Assembly (NCBI RefSeq): GCF_036588685.1
Contig: NC_086378.1
Span: 83,018,001-83,082,000 of the forward strand
Reading direction: 5' to 3'
DNA from: Mytilus trossulus
Taxonomy: Eukaryota
DNA length: 64,000 nt
Positions 26,776 through 41,500 of this stretch are shown one piece after another. A program made the position numbers and the translations under genes. A model generated the notes under the pieces. It was not told where the DNA came from, made no database searches, and worked only from the letters and a program-made list of their open reading frames with translations. The first letter of the stretch is position 1; every line of letters begins with the position of its first letter.

Positions 26776-29700
26776 TTAACATTCTTGACAACTGATACCT
26801 TAAGATTATTGCATTATAAAATGTATCTTGTAAATATCTACTCGCTGCTACTATAAATCAATGATGCATTGTAGGAACATGCTTCTATCACCCAGTCTAT
26901 TCGGCGTTAATTCAAACTTTGAAATGACGTCATTGATATAATTTATAACAGCTTATCATATTCTGAATTACTAAAAAAAAACTCGTATTATACTTATCCT
27001 ATTAACGGATAAATATGTTGAGTTCAATAACAAAACCCTCCGAAATATACCTTCGAGTTTAAGATAACGTTTTTGGCAATTAACACGAACAAGCTCCTTC
27101 TTTGCTAGTTATAATCCAACATAAATGTTAAAGGCTATAACCATATGCTGAGAGAAAAGGGAGGGAGGTGTAAATCGCAAAAACCCATCTGTTTTTTATA
27201 AACTTGGTCCTTTTTAAAGTTATAGCACATGCTTAATTAAATAAACTGCATTTTAAAATAATAATTTTTTGTGCACCCTAGTTACCATCATTGCAGTAAT
27301 TGAAAAAATGAGATTAAGGTTTATCACAAGCTATGATTGCTGATATGTTTGTATTCATATGACATGTACCACCCAGTTGAACCTTATATTATGAAACGAC
27401 TGTAATATATATCAATATCTCTTTTTGCAATCACATTCAATATGCAATAAAGATTATTTTTCTGAAGAACGAAACCGTTATTGCTCTTTTTCATGCCGAA
27501 GGATAATTGGTATAACGTTTGACAGCAACGTAATTTGTTAATCGGTCGAATATCATCATATCAAATATTGTTGACATAACATTTTTCGCTTACTGATATG
27601 ATTGTATTTCTTTGTAGTGTTGTGTTTTTGTTGTGTGGTAATTTCAAACAGCAGTATACTTCTGTTGCCTTTCAAAAGTACTATAACAATTATAAAAATC
27701 GCCATAATAAAAGTGCAAACGTTCTAAATCTACTATCTCAAGAATTGTCTGCGACTGTTATTCAAGTTAGAGGCTAAGCTAGCTATATAAACCGGTTTAA
27801 ACCAGCATTTTCTACATAAGAAATATGCCTATATTAAGTTAGGAATATGACATGTGTTGTCCTTTCGTTTGATGTGTTTGAGCTCTTTCTTTTAGCCATT
27901 TGATAACGGGCTTTCCGTTTTGAATTTTCCTCAGAGTTCTGTATTTTTGTTACTTTACTTTTTTTAATATCTACGTTCATCGATCCCAAAGACAGTGTAA
28001 AGTTTAATGAGATGTGAACGAAAAATACAAGAGCTAATGTGTGATATAAGAAAATTGAATAACCTCAAATCTAACATCCCATAACTCTGGAATAAAATAA
28101 ACGGATAATAAAAAGAAATAATTGCACATTCTTTTCAACTCCTGCAACAGTTGAGTGAAGTTTACAGTGAATATATCAAAAACATTATGAAGTTCTTGTG
28201 CAACATGTAACACTTACTTAAATAGTACAGTTAATGTCTATGGAAAAAGCTGAAATGACAGCAGAAAATATTCAAAATCAAAAGAAGTTTTCTTCAATCT
28301 ATCTATATTTTTTAAGATTGATGTTTTTTTCTGAAATTGTTTAAAATTTCACAGCGGTAAACTACTTTGCTTTTGTTATGCATCTCTTATTATTATTATT
28401 TTGTATTTACATTGTATCGTAGATAAAATTTATTCGTTCTGTGTATGTTCATTTGTGTTACTTCGTCTTCTGATTGATATGTTATAATGTGTCTTTAATT
28501 GTTTTACGTTGTCTTATCGGGGCCTTTTATAGCTGACTATATGCGGTATGAGCTTTGCTCATTGTTGAAGGCCGTACGGTGACCTATAATTGTTAATGTT
28601 TGTGTCATTTTGGTCTTTTGTGGATAGTTGTCTCATTGACAATCATACCACATCTTCTTTTTTATTCTTTCTAGGTTGTGATATTACACTAGTGTTTTAG
28701 ATAAGGGTAAGGATTTATTACTATTTAAACGTTTAAACTCGCTGCAATTGTATGCTCCTGTCCTGATGTTCAGTAAGTGTCTTTGATGATATGGTTCATA
28801 AGTGTTTCTCGTTTCTTGGTTTTTATATGGATAAGACCGTTAGTTCTACCGATTCGTTCGTTTTAAATTAGTACTTTATTTTGTGGGCCCTTCATAACTT
28901 TCTGTTCGGAGGGCGACAAGGCTCCGTGTTGAAGGCCGTTTGATTTAAATACATCAGACACAGAACATTGCTATTAAATCATTCCCATATCTTTGAAATG
29001 ATTATTTGGAATTGGGATTAAAATTAACGACACAGATGCATACATAAAATCAGTACTTATCAGCTAGATTATTATATTGAATGAAAAGATACATACAATG
29101 ATAATTGGACAAGAATTTCAACATTTATTGACTTAAAAATGTCGGTACACGTGTAATAAATGAAAATGTATCATTGAAGAGGAGATTATCATTTCTGAAT
29201 TATTTTGTTGTACCTAAGCGTATATACAAACATAGATATATAAAGCAAATATAAATGTTTAAAAATTCCATGCCAATGAATTTGGTAGCAACACTAAGAA
29301 ATTATAATCCAATAAAAACTCATGTTAGTTTAATTAATCATAAATGATTTCTATGTTTTTATACCATCACCCCTTAATAGTACAAAAGAACACTTGAAAT
29401 ACTAACACTAAAACAAATTTTCGATAAGCTAAATGTTTTATAATGTGAAAAAGAAGGTTTGTAGAAAAACATTAATTAGAGAAAATGATTGCAAGCATTG
29501 TATGAAAATTATAAACATTAATCAATTTATTATACAACTTGAATGCTGACTTCCTGAATATAGAAACTAAGCTAATGAACATGATGAATCCCTTGGCATT
29601 GATATATACTTTATAAGCATAGAACAGTTACTAATGAGGGAAAAAATGAGAAACAGTGTACACTGATAGATATTTATCTATTGACAATACGTTTTTACTC

Positions 29701-30261
29701 ATCAAAGATACTAGTATAAAAGTAAGAAGATACGATATGATTCCCAAACTTGTGTTTAAATAAAGTGGGTTGAAGCAATTAAAGTCAGTCGTTTGGCACT
29801 CAACAATGAATAATTCATAGCGTAAAGTCGGTTATCAAATGCTCCGATATGCAAAGTGTAAAATCACGGTCTAATTTATGAAATATCAATTAATGAAAAA
29901 AAAATATGATAGTCAGACATGACCACCGACAACCTCTGAACTACAGGCTCCAAGAGTGTGACTGGTATAAAATGGTTGTGAGCCCTCAACATTAACCCTC
30001 TTCTTACCTAGGACAGAAGTGTCACATCATAAGAACAAACTGTAAACTTCAGTTGCAATTGAATTGCCCAAAATATTGGTTTGAGGAACGACTACAACAA
30101 CAACTTCCGTAAAACCACAAAGCACCGAAATAAGAGTAGTCGCAGTTTCAATAAGCTAATTCAAAGCCAAAACTAACTAACAAAATAAAAACATAACGTT
30201 GTTCTCAAACTTTTAATTTAGTACGCCAGGCGTGCGTTTTCTCTACACGAGACACATTAGT

Positions 30262-30985
30262 AAAAGAGGGACGAAAGATACCAGAGGGAGAGTCAAACTC
30301 TTAAATCGACAATAAACTGACAACGCCATGGCTAAAAATGAAAAAGACCATCAAACAAACATTAGTACACATAACACAACATAGTAAACTAAAGAATAAA
30401 CAACACGAACCCCACCAAAAATAAGGGATGAGCTCAGGTACTCCGGAAGGGTCAGAAAATCCTGCTCAACATGTGGCACCCGTCGTGTTCGCTTATGGAA
30501 TAAAAAAAAATCCGGTAAATAGTCTATCAGTAATCTGATGTACAGAGTCTGTAGTTGTCGTTTGTTTATGTTATCATAAACGTGTTTCTCGTTTCTCGTT
30601 TTTTATATAAGTTAGACCGTTGGTTTTCCCTTTTGAATGGTTTCACACTAGTAATTTTAGAGCCCTTTATAGCTTTTAGTTCGATGTGAGCCAAGGCTCC
30701 GTGTTAAAGGCCGTTCATTGACCTATAATGGTTTACTTTTATAAATTGTTATTTGAATGGAGAATTGTCTCATTGGAACTTACACCATATCTTCCTATAT
30801 CTAATTCGGTAGTTCACATTTATGAAAGGGAAGGGGACTGTAGTTACGACGTAAGAAACATATCCCATATCATTTGTGAAACGGTTATTCAATGACTGGT
30901 GATGGTGTCCGTACAATTAACGAAAAGATGATTTCAACTTTCACCATTTGGTACTCTTGATTTAATAGCTTCCTTGTGAGCAACA
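30262..30985 (-). mobile_element. 3' fragment of a Penelope-like retroelement, interrupted by a family-B repeat at ~30527-30803
   Basis: The minus strand encodes LLTRKLLNQEYQMVK and LKSSFR-like RT tail residues. These are followed by gggtgccacatg...cccttccggagtacctgag and end in tctggtatctttcgtccctctttt. The same tail occurs at ~13880-13910 and 36612-36745. Confidence 0.5.
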
Positions 30986-33442
30986 AGCTCGAATAAAAAA
31001 AGATACAGATAACAAGCTTGGCAGAATGGAAAAGACAGAGAGTTTAATCATCATATTTAAAAGATAGACATTTCACAGTACAAACTTCACAAAGTTAGGT
31101 GCTTCACAAGATTTGAAGTTTCAAGTTAAACGACGAGGAACTTTCAGTGAGGAGTATTAAAATATGACAAAAATATCAACATATAAAAACTTATTTGTTT
31201 TCACAATGTAGTTAATAAGAGGAATGATGTAATATTGATTGTTTGTCGTATTACTTGTAAAGTTTGATTTACATGCATTTTGAAATTTGTTTTGAATTAT
31301 AGCTCTTCATCTTTATAATAAGCTTTTACTTTTAAAAAATTAACCTCGAGCATCACTGATGAGACAGTTATTGACGAAATGCGAAAAATTAGTACAGTTA
31401 ATGTTATTTTAAAAACCTATTGAAAATTTTAAGTAAGGGAATGGCTTCCCCTGTCTTCACAAAATGTATCTGCTTTCAATCTGGACTTGTTACTGTAAAC
31501 TGATATTACATTTTTATTTATTATGTCGACCGCACTAAAAAACGGAACGAAAACTTACACGTTGATGATTTGATACAAATAAAAACGATGTCTATGTCAC
31601 AATTTAATTAAATCACTATGTCCATACAATAAAACATGGCAGTGAAAAAACACTAAACATAAACTATAGACTGAGAAACCCTAACCACATAAAACGTGAA
31701 ATTCTTCGGAAGGGTAAACCTTTCCATCTCTGTAACCTTTCCATCTCTGTTACTTAAACATAAAACACCCAGTGCAAATATAATAATTAATAATGTAGAT
31801 TGTTTAACAACGCATTGCAAATGCCGTGATGCTGATCATTTTTTGGTACAATTAACGTGTGAGATGAATACGAGAGTCGCTGTCTTTGTTCTTGTCTATA
31901 ACCAGAATGGTACCTGTATAGTAATGAACCTTGATAAACCACCCGTTTTTGAGTTTGGCTCATGTCATTCAAGCCATACGCAATCGAATTATTCAACATA
32001 ACTCAAGTTTTATCATTAAATCATTTGAAAAATGGATTCACTGACACACTTTTAAAAGTGAGATAAGACATACGTGAAAATTGTTGCCGAACTTTTGTTT
32101 GCTTTTGATTTGAAATAATTAACTGTGGATAAAATTAGACAATGATGATATAAAATAAAAGTAAATCAACAAAAATACCACACTTCGACGAAAATTCGAA
32201 ACAGAAATTTCATAATTAAATGAAAAAATCAAAAGCTTAAACATATCAAACGAATGGAGAACAACTGTCATATGACTTGGTACAGACATTTTCTTATGAA
32301 TAAATGCATAAGGAAATGGTGTATTAAAGTTTTAGTTGTATAGAAAGGTAACCCTCTCACTTGAATGACAGTCTTCTAAAATTCCGTTTTATTGACGACA
32401 ATGTGTGAACAAAATTTTTGTTGATAGTATGATTGATTGATTGTTGTTTGTTTGTACAGATAGACTATGTCGAGGCAATATTGATAGTATGTTATTGTGT
32501 GTCGATTCATCTAAGTCTTTTGTAAGCAATGTTTGATAGTCGTGAATAGAAACGTGTATATATTCACATTTTTGTACAGCTACAATTTTGGACTTTTATG
32601 ACTTGACATTTTTATTGATAGTACGTTTGGTGTGTACATCAGTTTTTTTTTATCTAATGCTAATCCCAGTTTCTGCAAACCGGAGGTCAATTGCAAATTT
32701 CACAAACCTATCACAAAATGATTTAAAGCTCACAGTTTGCTTTATTATCTGAATCCATTTATTTTTTTGCCTTTAATTATCCTTATACTCGTTATTTAGC
32801 CTTTTAGTTCTAATGGTAGATGTTGTATATACACATTTAAAGTTCAATTTCCTTTGAAGTGAAACACTTTGGCATGCAACTTATTAGAATGTTTCGTATA
32901 TTTCTATTCAAATTAACACTCCAGGTTCATTGAGACATGTAATATACTGACAATTAGTTTGGTCTAATAAAACATCCCACTACTTAAAGATTTCCTGAAT
33001 TTACTTTTAAAAGCAACATATATTCTAAAGGACAACATGGCGAAGTTTGGCTAGTCACAAAATCATGTTCAAACCATCATTTTTTTGTCTCAAAAGGTCC
33101 TGTACCAAGTCAGGAAAATGGCAGTTGTTATCTTACAGTTCGTTTCTGTGTGTTGCATTGTCGTTTGTTTAGTTTTGAACTTCAGTATTTCTGTTGTTTC
33201 ACTGTTTTCCTCGGTTTTAGTTTTTAACCAGGATTTGTTTTCTCTCAAAAGACGTATCAGTGATGCTCGAATACAACAATATAAAGTACGGAGTTAAAAG
33301 GAAATAAGGACACAAAATATATATAAACAAAGGTTTTGTCATATACAAATAAGTGAGTCTATTTCTGCAGTAAAATATTTAAGCATTTAGAAAATGTCAA
33401 AGTCTTTAATCGAGCAGTCACCCATTTTATCAAATAAACCTC

Positions 33443-33762
33443 TTTTTATGCCAAACCTACGATATAAGAGGAGCATTATGTGTTCTGGTCTGTGGGCCCG
33501 TCCTTCTGTGCGTTCGTCTGTCAGTTTCTCTGTCCGTTCGTCTGTTCGTTTGTCCCGCTTCAAGATAAAGTTTTTGGTCAAGGTAGTTTTTGATAAAGTT
33601 AAAGTCCAATCAACTTGTAACGTAGTACACATGTTCGCTATTTTCTGATCTTTCTACTTTCAATGCAAAATTATATTTTATATACCCAATTTCACGGTCC
33701 ATTGAAGATGGAAAATGATTATGCGAGTGGGATATCCGAGTACTTTGGACGCATTCTTGTTT
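33443..33762 (+). mobile_element. Helentron-associated interspersed element (DINE-1/Pearl/MgE-like MITE)
   Basis: It has a ttttatgcc start, a GTCY-type tetranucleotide microsatellite (33500-33555), a core, and a 3' stem-loop followed by cattcttgtt. Confidence 0.65.
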
Positions 33763-34093
33763 CGGGTGCATTTAGGTGAGGTTTTGGAATTTGTGTCAAA
33801 TGTCCGTCCTCCTTTTTTTCACACAATGCAATGAAAATATTTTGCCAAATAACACCAACTTATCTTTTCATACAAGACTTAATAGGGTCATTTGCCGAAA
33901 TGTAAGCAGATTTTTTATTATTTTTTCTATCTGAGACCCAAAAAATACCAATGCAAATATAAGGTAAAAGTCCGAGTCAGCTTTCTCCCGCCCTATTAAA
34001 AAAAAAACCATATATCTCGAACAGGAGCTCAATGACCTATCAATATTTTAAGCTTATTTTGTTCCTTAACAAATGCTCTATCTTCTGATTTAT

Positions 34094-35012
34094 CAGTCAG
34101 GGGCATTACTTAAACAAGTAACAATTAAAATTACCTATACAAATAATGTTGTAAACGAGGCTAATTTAAATATAACTTATATAAGTTATTTTTTTGAATA
34201 TTATTTTTATAGGTGTCCAATAATACAGATTTTACTAGCTTTAAATAATTTTCACAGTCATCTGGTTATTTTTCCCTTGATATATAAAACGCGTCAGGGT
34301 CAAAGATTGGTCTCTTGGGACTATAAAATTATCTTTTTCCTCTAAAATCTTGAAGGTAGACTGATATAAATAGATAGATACTTGTGAATTAATTAAGACC
34401 TGAAGTTATTTATAATTTGTAACCTAAATCAATTACATATGTGCCTTAGATAAGTGTAATTGCTATTTTTTTCAAAAATGTATAGAATAACTTATTCAAG
34501 TGATATTTTTGTCATTATTTTTAAAGTAACCCTTTATCTCTATACTCCTCTCATATCTGGTATATTCTTTATTTTATGATATAAAATTTTGTTTAAATCA
34601 TGAAATTACATTTAGTCTATGTTTCTATTGAAAATTAAAATAACTCTATTAAGGTGGTACCTGACACTACAGGGAGGTAACTCTGTAAAGTCAGCTTAAC
34701 GTTTTAATTACATTGTGTTGTTAAGTGAATTGTAAGCTCCTCAGTTATCAAAATAAGTGTTTGTCAAACTGCTATATAACCAGTGTAATTTTTCTGATAA
34801 AATGGTTGGTTCAAAATTTTTGAAATTTATATATTTTTGTTAAAAGGTGAAAGTACATACCTTTTAAAATATTTTTTTGAAAATTAAACGAGCCAAATAA
34901 GTTTCAGTGAAAGTGTTGGGTACCACCTTAAGTAATTTATTATTTTTAAAAACAAAAATTACTTATATAAGTAATTAAAGAAAATAACTTGTTTACGTGA
35001 CGCCCCTGACTT
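34094..35012. mobile_element. Older TIR MITE (CAGT-type ends) hosting a nested Kolobok-like MITE
   Basis: Imperfect TIRs: agtcaggggcattacttaaacaag and cttgtttacgtgacgcccctgact. Confidence 0.55.
34653..34927. mobile_element. Kolobok-like MITE with TTAA TSD
   Basis: TTAA|GGTGGTACCtgACACT...AGTGTtgGGTACCACC|TTAA. A second copy is at 48426-48718. Confidence 0.85.
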
Positions 35013-35744
35013 TATAGTATTAATTTTAAATTCTTGATTTTTTTTTTAATTTCACAAACCCTCATCAAGTACATCCTTATATCTAACTTTCCATTATATA
35101 AATATTCTATTATACAAATTATAAACCGAGACTTATAAATCAATACTAAAACAGTATACAACAATTAACACAGTAATTCAATTTGTTATGAGTATCGGAA
35201 AATATAATCTACATGTACGTTTTTCGTGAGATTCAAGTTAAATTAGGATTTTAAATCCTTATGAATTGAAAGCATGCCCGTTTTTTTGCATTCACTACTG
35301 TTTTAATTAAGATATTATTTGAGCGTTTGTGTACGCATCCCTGCTCACTGGTGCTCATATGTTGCATATAATTTTATAAATATAATAATATTTATGAAAT
35401 TTCACTTGATCTAGTAGTGTTTACAAATGAAATTGAATATTTTTGACAGAATAATCACTTTGTTTCATTATAATTGTGCTTTCCTACCACTGTGTTTCAG
35501 GTGAATGTTTATAACAGAAATATCGTTTTGTTAACTTTATTCATGATTTTCGAAATTTTCCGAGACTTTGATTGAAAAACGCAGTATTACGTGATAAGTG
35601 TTCATAAATAATCAGTTTATTCTTAGACATTGTGTATTAATAAACTATTTCAAGGTTTATTGATACAACGTATATTATCACCCTGTATCAAATACAATAT
35701 GCACAATGTGTATACATTCATGGACCTTCCCAAAGCATGCATTA

Positions 35745-36300
35745 TACATAATTCTAATACAATTTGGATGTAACAATGTTTTTCATTGGCTAAAAGTTGC
35801 CGTCAAATCCACAGTTGACCAGGCGTAACTAAGGAGGGACCCGCCATTTTGAATTGATGAATCAACAAATGTTCGATTACTACTATATAATCGAAAATAA
35901 AACAACACCTACCTCGAATTCGCTGATTTAATGTACTTTTATCCGAATTTGAAGCGTACAAGTAACGTAATAACCTCCGGTTTGTGAGTTTTCATTGCAT
36001 GACGTCACGTTTAGCCATGACGTCTATGCGCCAAAATCATTCATGAAGTTTCGCGGATTTTTTTTTATTTGACAAATTTAGACATTTGTTCAAGTTTTAT
36101 CGTATTTTTTTTTGTAATGCATTAGAATCGGAATAACAGTACTGTAGTTGAAGAGTTGCCACCGTCAATTTTTTTTTGACGGTCGCAAATCTCCGTTTTA
36201 CTGTCTCCGCTACGCGTCGCCAGTAAAACAACATCTGCGACCGTCAAATCTACAATTGACGGTGGCAACTCTTCAACTACAGTACTGTTATTCCTTAATA
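35745..36300 (+). mobile_element. Non-autonomous element ending in a 165-bp near-perfect hairpin (36130-36294)
   Basis: ggaataacagtactgtagttgaagagttgccaccgtcaatt ... aattgacggtggcaactcttcaactacagtactgttattcc. The 5' part contains cattggct. Confidence 0.6.
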
Positions 36301-38144
36301 AGCATCCACATTTTCGTAAACAATTGTAACCTATTCTTTATTTCTTTACTTACCGATCTAAAAATGGAACTATTTAATGGCATGCGGTAGCCTTTCCATA
36401 GCTATAGAAACCTGGCTGTATAAATTATCGAAAGTTTTGGAGAGAATCTTGTATCCGAAGGTATCAAAATGGTACATAGAAGCTACCACAATTCATAAAT
36501 ATATAGTGGTCAACCCCTCAGGGTATTTACGCAAAAATATATATTATGTAGATCTAGAGTGACAGGGGAGTGAGATTTAAACATACGTTACATTTAATTT
36601 TCACACCAATTTTGATGGGGTTCCTGCTGCTAAGTTTAGTTTGTTTGTGTTCTATTGTTTGTCTCTGCTTAATTTTAGCCAAGGTGTTGTAAGTTTTTTT
36701 TCGACTTATGAGTTTAAATGTCCCTCTTGTATCTTTCGTCTCTTTTATAATTGTGATATTTTGGTACTTTCTATATTATATAGTTCAAACTCCCTATAGT
36801 AAGTTAATTTAGGAACGCTTTCCTTCTATTCATATTTCCCTTTTAGGTATTTGGAATATGTATTATCAGAAAAACGTCGAGTACTGAAAATACATTGAGT
36901 ATTCGTTTTGGCTTATGATTTAAATAATTAAAATAGTGTTGTCCTTTGCTAGCATACAAAAAAATAGATTCATGATGAAATTTTTCGACGAACTTATCTA
37001 ATCTCTCTATTAGTGTATCTTGCTATGCGGTATGGGTTATACTTATTGCCAAAAGGCCATACGTTGACCTATAGATACTTATTGTCAAAAGGCCATACGT
37101 TGACCTATAGATACTTATTTCTACGTCATTTTGTCTCTGATGTTTAGTTGTCGAATTGGCAATTATACCAGATTGTCTTATTTCAATAAAGTTGATATTT
37201 ATTAATAAATGTTACGTGTTAATTATATGTTGGCGTCTTCTGACCACTCCTTATGAATGAAATTGCAATTATTTCTTAAAAGTACTTGTTTATTGTAAAA
37301 TCTGAGGCGAGACATGTCACGATAGAATCAGCTTCATGAATTTTTTTAAATGATGTTTTAAGTCAGGAAAATGCAGAATTTAAGGTAATCCAACTATAGT
37401 TTGTCTCTCTTTTTTTTATGTTGTTCGATATTTGTATAGTTTTACCTTGTCCGTTTCTTTTTAAGAGGACTTTTTCAAAAACGTTGTTTCAATTGGGTAT
37501 TTCAATTGTTGTTCATACTCAAAAGTTTTAATCTTTTCGATATTTGATGGATTCATTACAATAAGAACATCTAATATTTGTTAATGATTAAGATCTAGAG
37601 TATATTATAAAAAAAGGTGTTTTTCACCTTTAATATTAAAGTTATAACATTATTTTTATTTCATATTTTTTTTATATAATTTTAGGATTGTGTACGACAC
37701 AAATAAAGCAATGAATTCCTCATTGTGCATGTCATTTCATCTTATACTTTTTTTACTCACGACATGACACATCAGTGACAATGAGATCAAAACATTATGA
37801 ATTCCAATTGTTATATGAATGATTTTTACAATAAAACACAACACAAAGGAGAACAATTTCAATGATATGAATTCGTTGGTTGTGAAAATAAAAGCCTTTG
37901 TTGTGTTGTTTTGTGAATATATAACATGTTTAGATTGATTAACAGTGCCAAATGGTTATCTTAATGCAAAATCGTATGAAAATATTTGATTTTCTTTTTA
38001 AATCGATAATTCGATGACGTAGATTTAAAATCATGCATATTAATGATTTAACTTAGTATCTTGAAATGATATCGCAGATACTCTCTATCGGTATGTATTT
38101 ACGAATTATGTATTGTTATGGAATCAAAATTGGGTATGTAATTC

Positions 38145-38508
38145 TTATGTTGTACTGTTATACCACTGTCCCAGGTTAGGGGGGAGGGGTGGGATCCCGC
38201 TAACATGTTTAACCCCGCCACATTATTTATGTATGTGCCTGTCCGAAGTCAGGAGCCTGTTATTCAGTGGTTGTCGTTTGTTTATGTGTTACATATTTGT
38301 TTTTCTTTTTTACATAAATAAGGCCGTTAGTTTTCTCGTTTGAATTGTTTTACATTGTCCTATCGGGGCCTTTTATAGCTGACTATATGCGGTATGGGCT
38401 TTGCTCATTGTTGAAGGCCGTACGGTGACCTATAATTGTTAATGTCTGTGTCATTTTTGTCTTTTGTAGATAGTTGTCTCATTGGCAATCATACCACATC
38501 TTTTTTTT
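38145..38508 (+). repeat. Dispersed repeat family B (unclassified, SINE-like)
   Basis: Core: ggggccttttatagctgactatatgcggtatgggctttgctcattgttgaaggccgtacggtgacctata...tctcattggcaatcataccacatc. Copies lie at ~1750-1860, 28515-28665, 37025-37180, 42060-42485, 45970-46330 (-) and 50985-51140 (-), among others. Confidence 0.8.
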
Positions 38509-41500
38509 GCACGTACTGTTTATTTTAAGATATATCATTTGCGTTAACATTTTATTTTTTAATTCTGATTTCCTCTGCGAAAGTATTTATATATTGATAT
38601 TTATTAACCGATGACCTAATATACATTATCAATAGTCCGATTATCATAATTCAATTTGTCTGAAACAGGTCATAGATACAGGTATATTATAGGAAAAAAA
38701 CCCAGGTATTATAATATATGATTTGAACTTCCGGTTTATTTGGTTGGTGTAGGTATCAGCGCTATTACGAGAAATGTTTTAATTTCAAAACTGTTGATGT
38801 TAGTTTAACTCTTGTTAACATAAGTTCTTTTTGTATACAACTATTACTCGTAGAACGGGTGAATATCCAGAGCAATAATTATTTCTTAAAATGCGTATTC
38901 CGAAAATAAAACAAATGTTTGTGTTCGCAATTTAAGATGTACCGCATCTAAGACACTAAATCGTGTAATGGCACCAAACTAACAGTATCAAACCGATACA
39001 TATTTCCGAGACCCAAATAAGACTTAATGAATATAGTACAGGATAATCATAAAACAACTATTTAATAACACCACATTTATCATCACATTATAAAGAAGAA
39101 TTATAATGTGGCTTCTAAATAAATCAATGAAACATAAAAAAGTAAAATCAACCTTATTTCCTCTGTTTTATTTAAACACTTATGGTGAATAAGTTAGCTA
39201 TAGTTGTCTCATTGTTAATAATACGATATCTCTTAATTCTTTGTATTCTTATTTGACAAATTGAAAAAAAATGAACGGTACTGATTTTCTTGCACCAGAT
39301 GCGCTTTTCTTCAATACATGTCTCTTCAGTGATGCTCGTGTCCAAAATATTTGAAATCCAAAGATTATAAAAAAGATGAAACTACGAGGTAGGATAAGGT
39401 ACCCTTTCGGAAACACGCCATTACGATCCATGCTTTAAGTACAGCTGCTCAACCTCAGTATCATGTTTTATTGTCCACCTTCTGTAAAAACTGTGTTGTC
39501 AGTTTGTGTGATGCTTTATTGTTTGTTGACTATTTTAAAGATCCTTTCATCATGTTTCGCTGTTGGAATTCTCAACATGTTTGTTATTCACTTTTAAACA
39601 ACTGTTCATGATGATTATTTTCTAGACTTTATCTGGTTTTGACTGGTATTGCTATTTTAATTTGTGAAGAAACCATGATATTGTTTTGAGCATACTGATA
39701 CGATTGTTAATTGATTATTTTTCAGTTCTTCATTATATCTATGTTGGCTCTGTTTTTACATATTTCACACATGTTTTGCGAATTAATTATTGTTGATGCT
39801 CATATTTGATATAACCAGTATGAATTTATCAGATAACAATACGAATAATAAATCACAGGGCAAAAAATATATGCAAATGGAGGTTAATTTAGTTCGGTCA
39901 TGGAATTGCAATATCGCTGGTGTGTTGTAGTAGGCTTATTAGTTTACACCACGAGATATAAGACACATGAAGACTTTGCTAATGGAAATGTCTTCCAAAA
40001 TACTTCTTTCTTGCCAGCCGCTTTCAGAGCATCATTCAAGCTCAATTGAAATTATGAATACATATAATATATTTTGCTGGTTTTTTTCCAAAACTCAATA
40101 CGTCTGAGTATTTGTCTTCAGACAACTTGTTTAATGAATTCTGACACAGGTATTCATTCAACCACATTACTGGGTGGGTTTTTCCCTGTCTTGCGAGGTT
40201 TTCTGTTACTGAGTTATTCAGTTTACTCTCATGCTACGCATAGTTAAGTTTTGTCTGTTCATACATTTTTGTAACTGAAAGTGTGATTATTTGGCTTCTT
40301 TCTATGATCTTATCATATAGTTTTGATATAATATGTAAATAATGAGTAAATTCCGTTGACCACTATAGATGCTAGAATATCAACAATACTTTAAAACATA
40401 TTGTTCTAGATGATTATGTTCATACCGTCATAGAGAATACTGGATACGAGTATATAGTGTATGCATTGAGTTTACCAAGGATTGTCACTTTTATTTGGCG
40501 ATATTTAACATCTTGCTATCACTCGTTGTAAAATGTTTTTACAAAGTCCAACTCGTGTTCGAGAATATAAAAAAAATCAAACCCTCGTGCATTGTTTAGC
40601 TCATTGTTTGTTTACAGCTGGTTACAGTCGACAAATTTACGTTATGATGTTTTGAAATAAACGATGTTACATTATTCTTTTTATTCTAAAACTGTTTCAT
40701 TTTATTATTGAACATGGTGAATAATCTATAGAAATATAAAATTATAAAATATTATCATATAATATATATTAATGTTAAAAGCAATTGAAATCAAATAAAA
40801 AGTATGAACTATTAATTATTTGAAATAAACAGCTTCAACAATATGTCGAATAATTCATTTCACTTGAGTTGTTAGTACTTTCATATCAATAAACAAATTT
40901 TGCTGAAGATTTAATTGTGTTTTAAGTTTTACTTTTCATTTAAAAATATACATTTAAATAGATATTTAATTTCAAAGATATTATTTACAAGAATTAAATC
41001 CTGGTGTTTGAAAACAAATACGAAACAGTAGATCTTGAGCTCAAAGGCAATAAACAAAATTGTTACATGAAGAAGTAATAGGTGCCAATGAGCTGTGCAC
41101 TGGGTTAATATGTAAAATCCTGACTTTTGAAAAACAAATGAAGGAAAAAAGAAGAACAAAGGTGCAAAAGAATAGATAATAAGTTATTACACAAAAAAAT
41201 GTCTTTGTCACTTCTCACTTTTTTAAATTTCGTATAACTTTTCCAAATACCTTATTTAGTTCTACCATATATATGCTCGCTAAAATGTTCATCCATAAAT
41301 AGAAATTAATAAAAGGTATTAACATTGCAATTATAAGTGTTATTGTTGAAAGTTTGTGTCAAAAAGCAGATGTGATTGGTTACAATAATTTTGAAATACA
41401 AAAACACTCTACGATGGTAAATAAAGGTTAGATTTATTTGATTGTATTCATTGTGGTAATTACCACTGCAGTGAATGTGGTAAAACTAAGGGAAAAAACA

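Noticed and set aside
39430-40320. Slightly GC-richer stretch with coding-like minus-strand patches
   Set aside because: It has multiple stops and no motif I can recognise. It may be an ancient TE relic but is unsupported.
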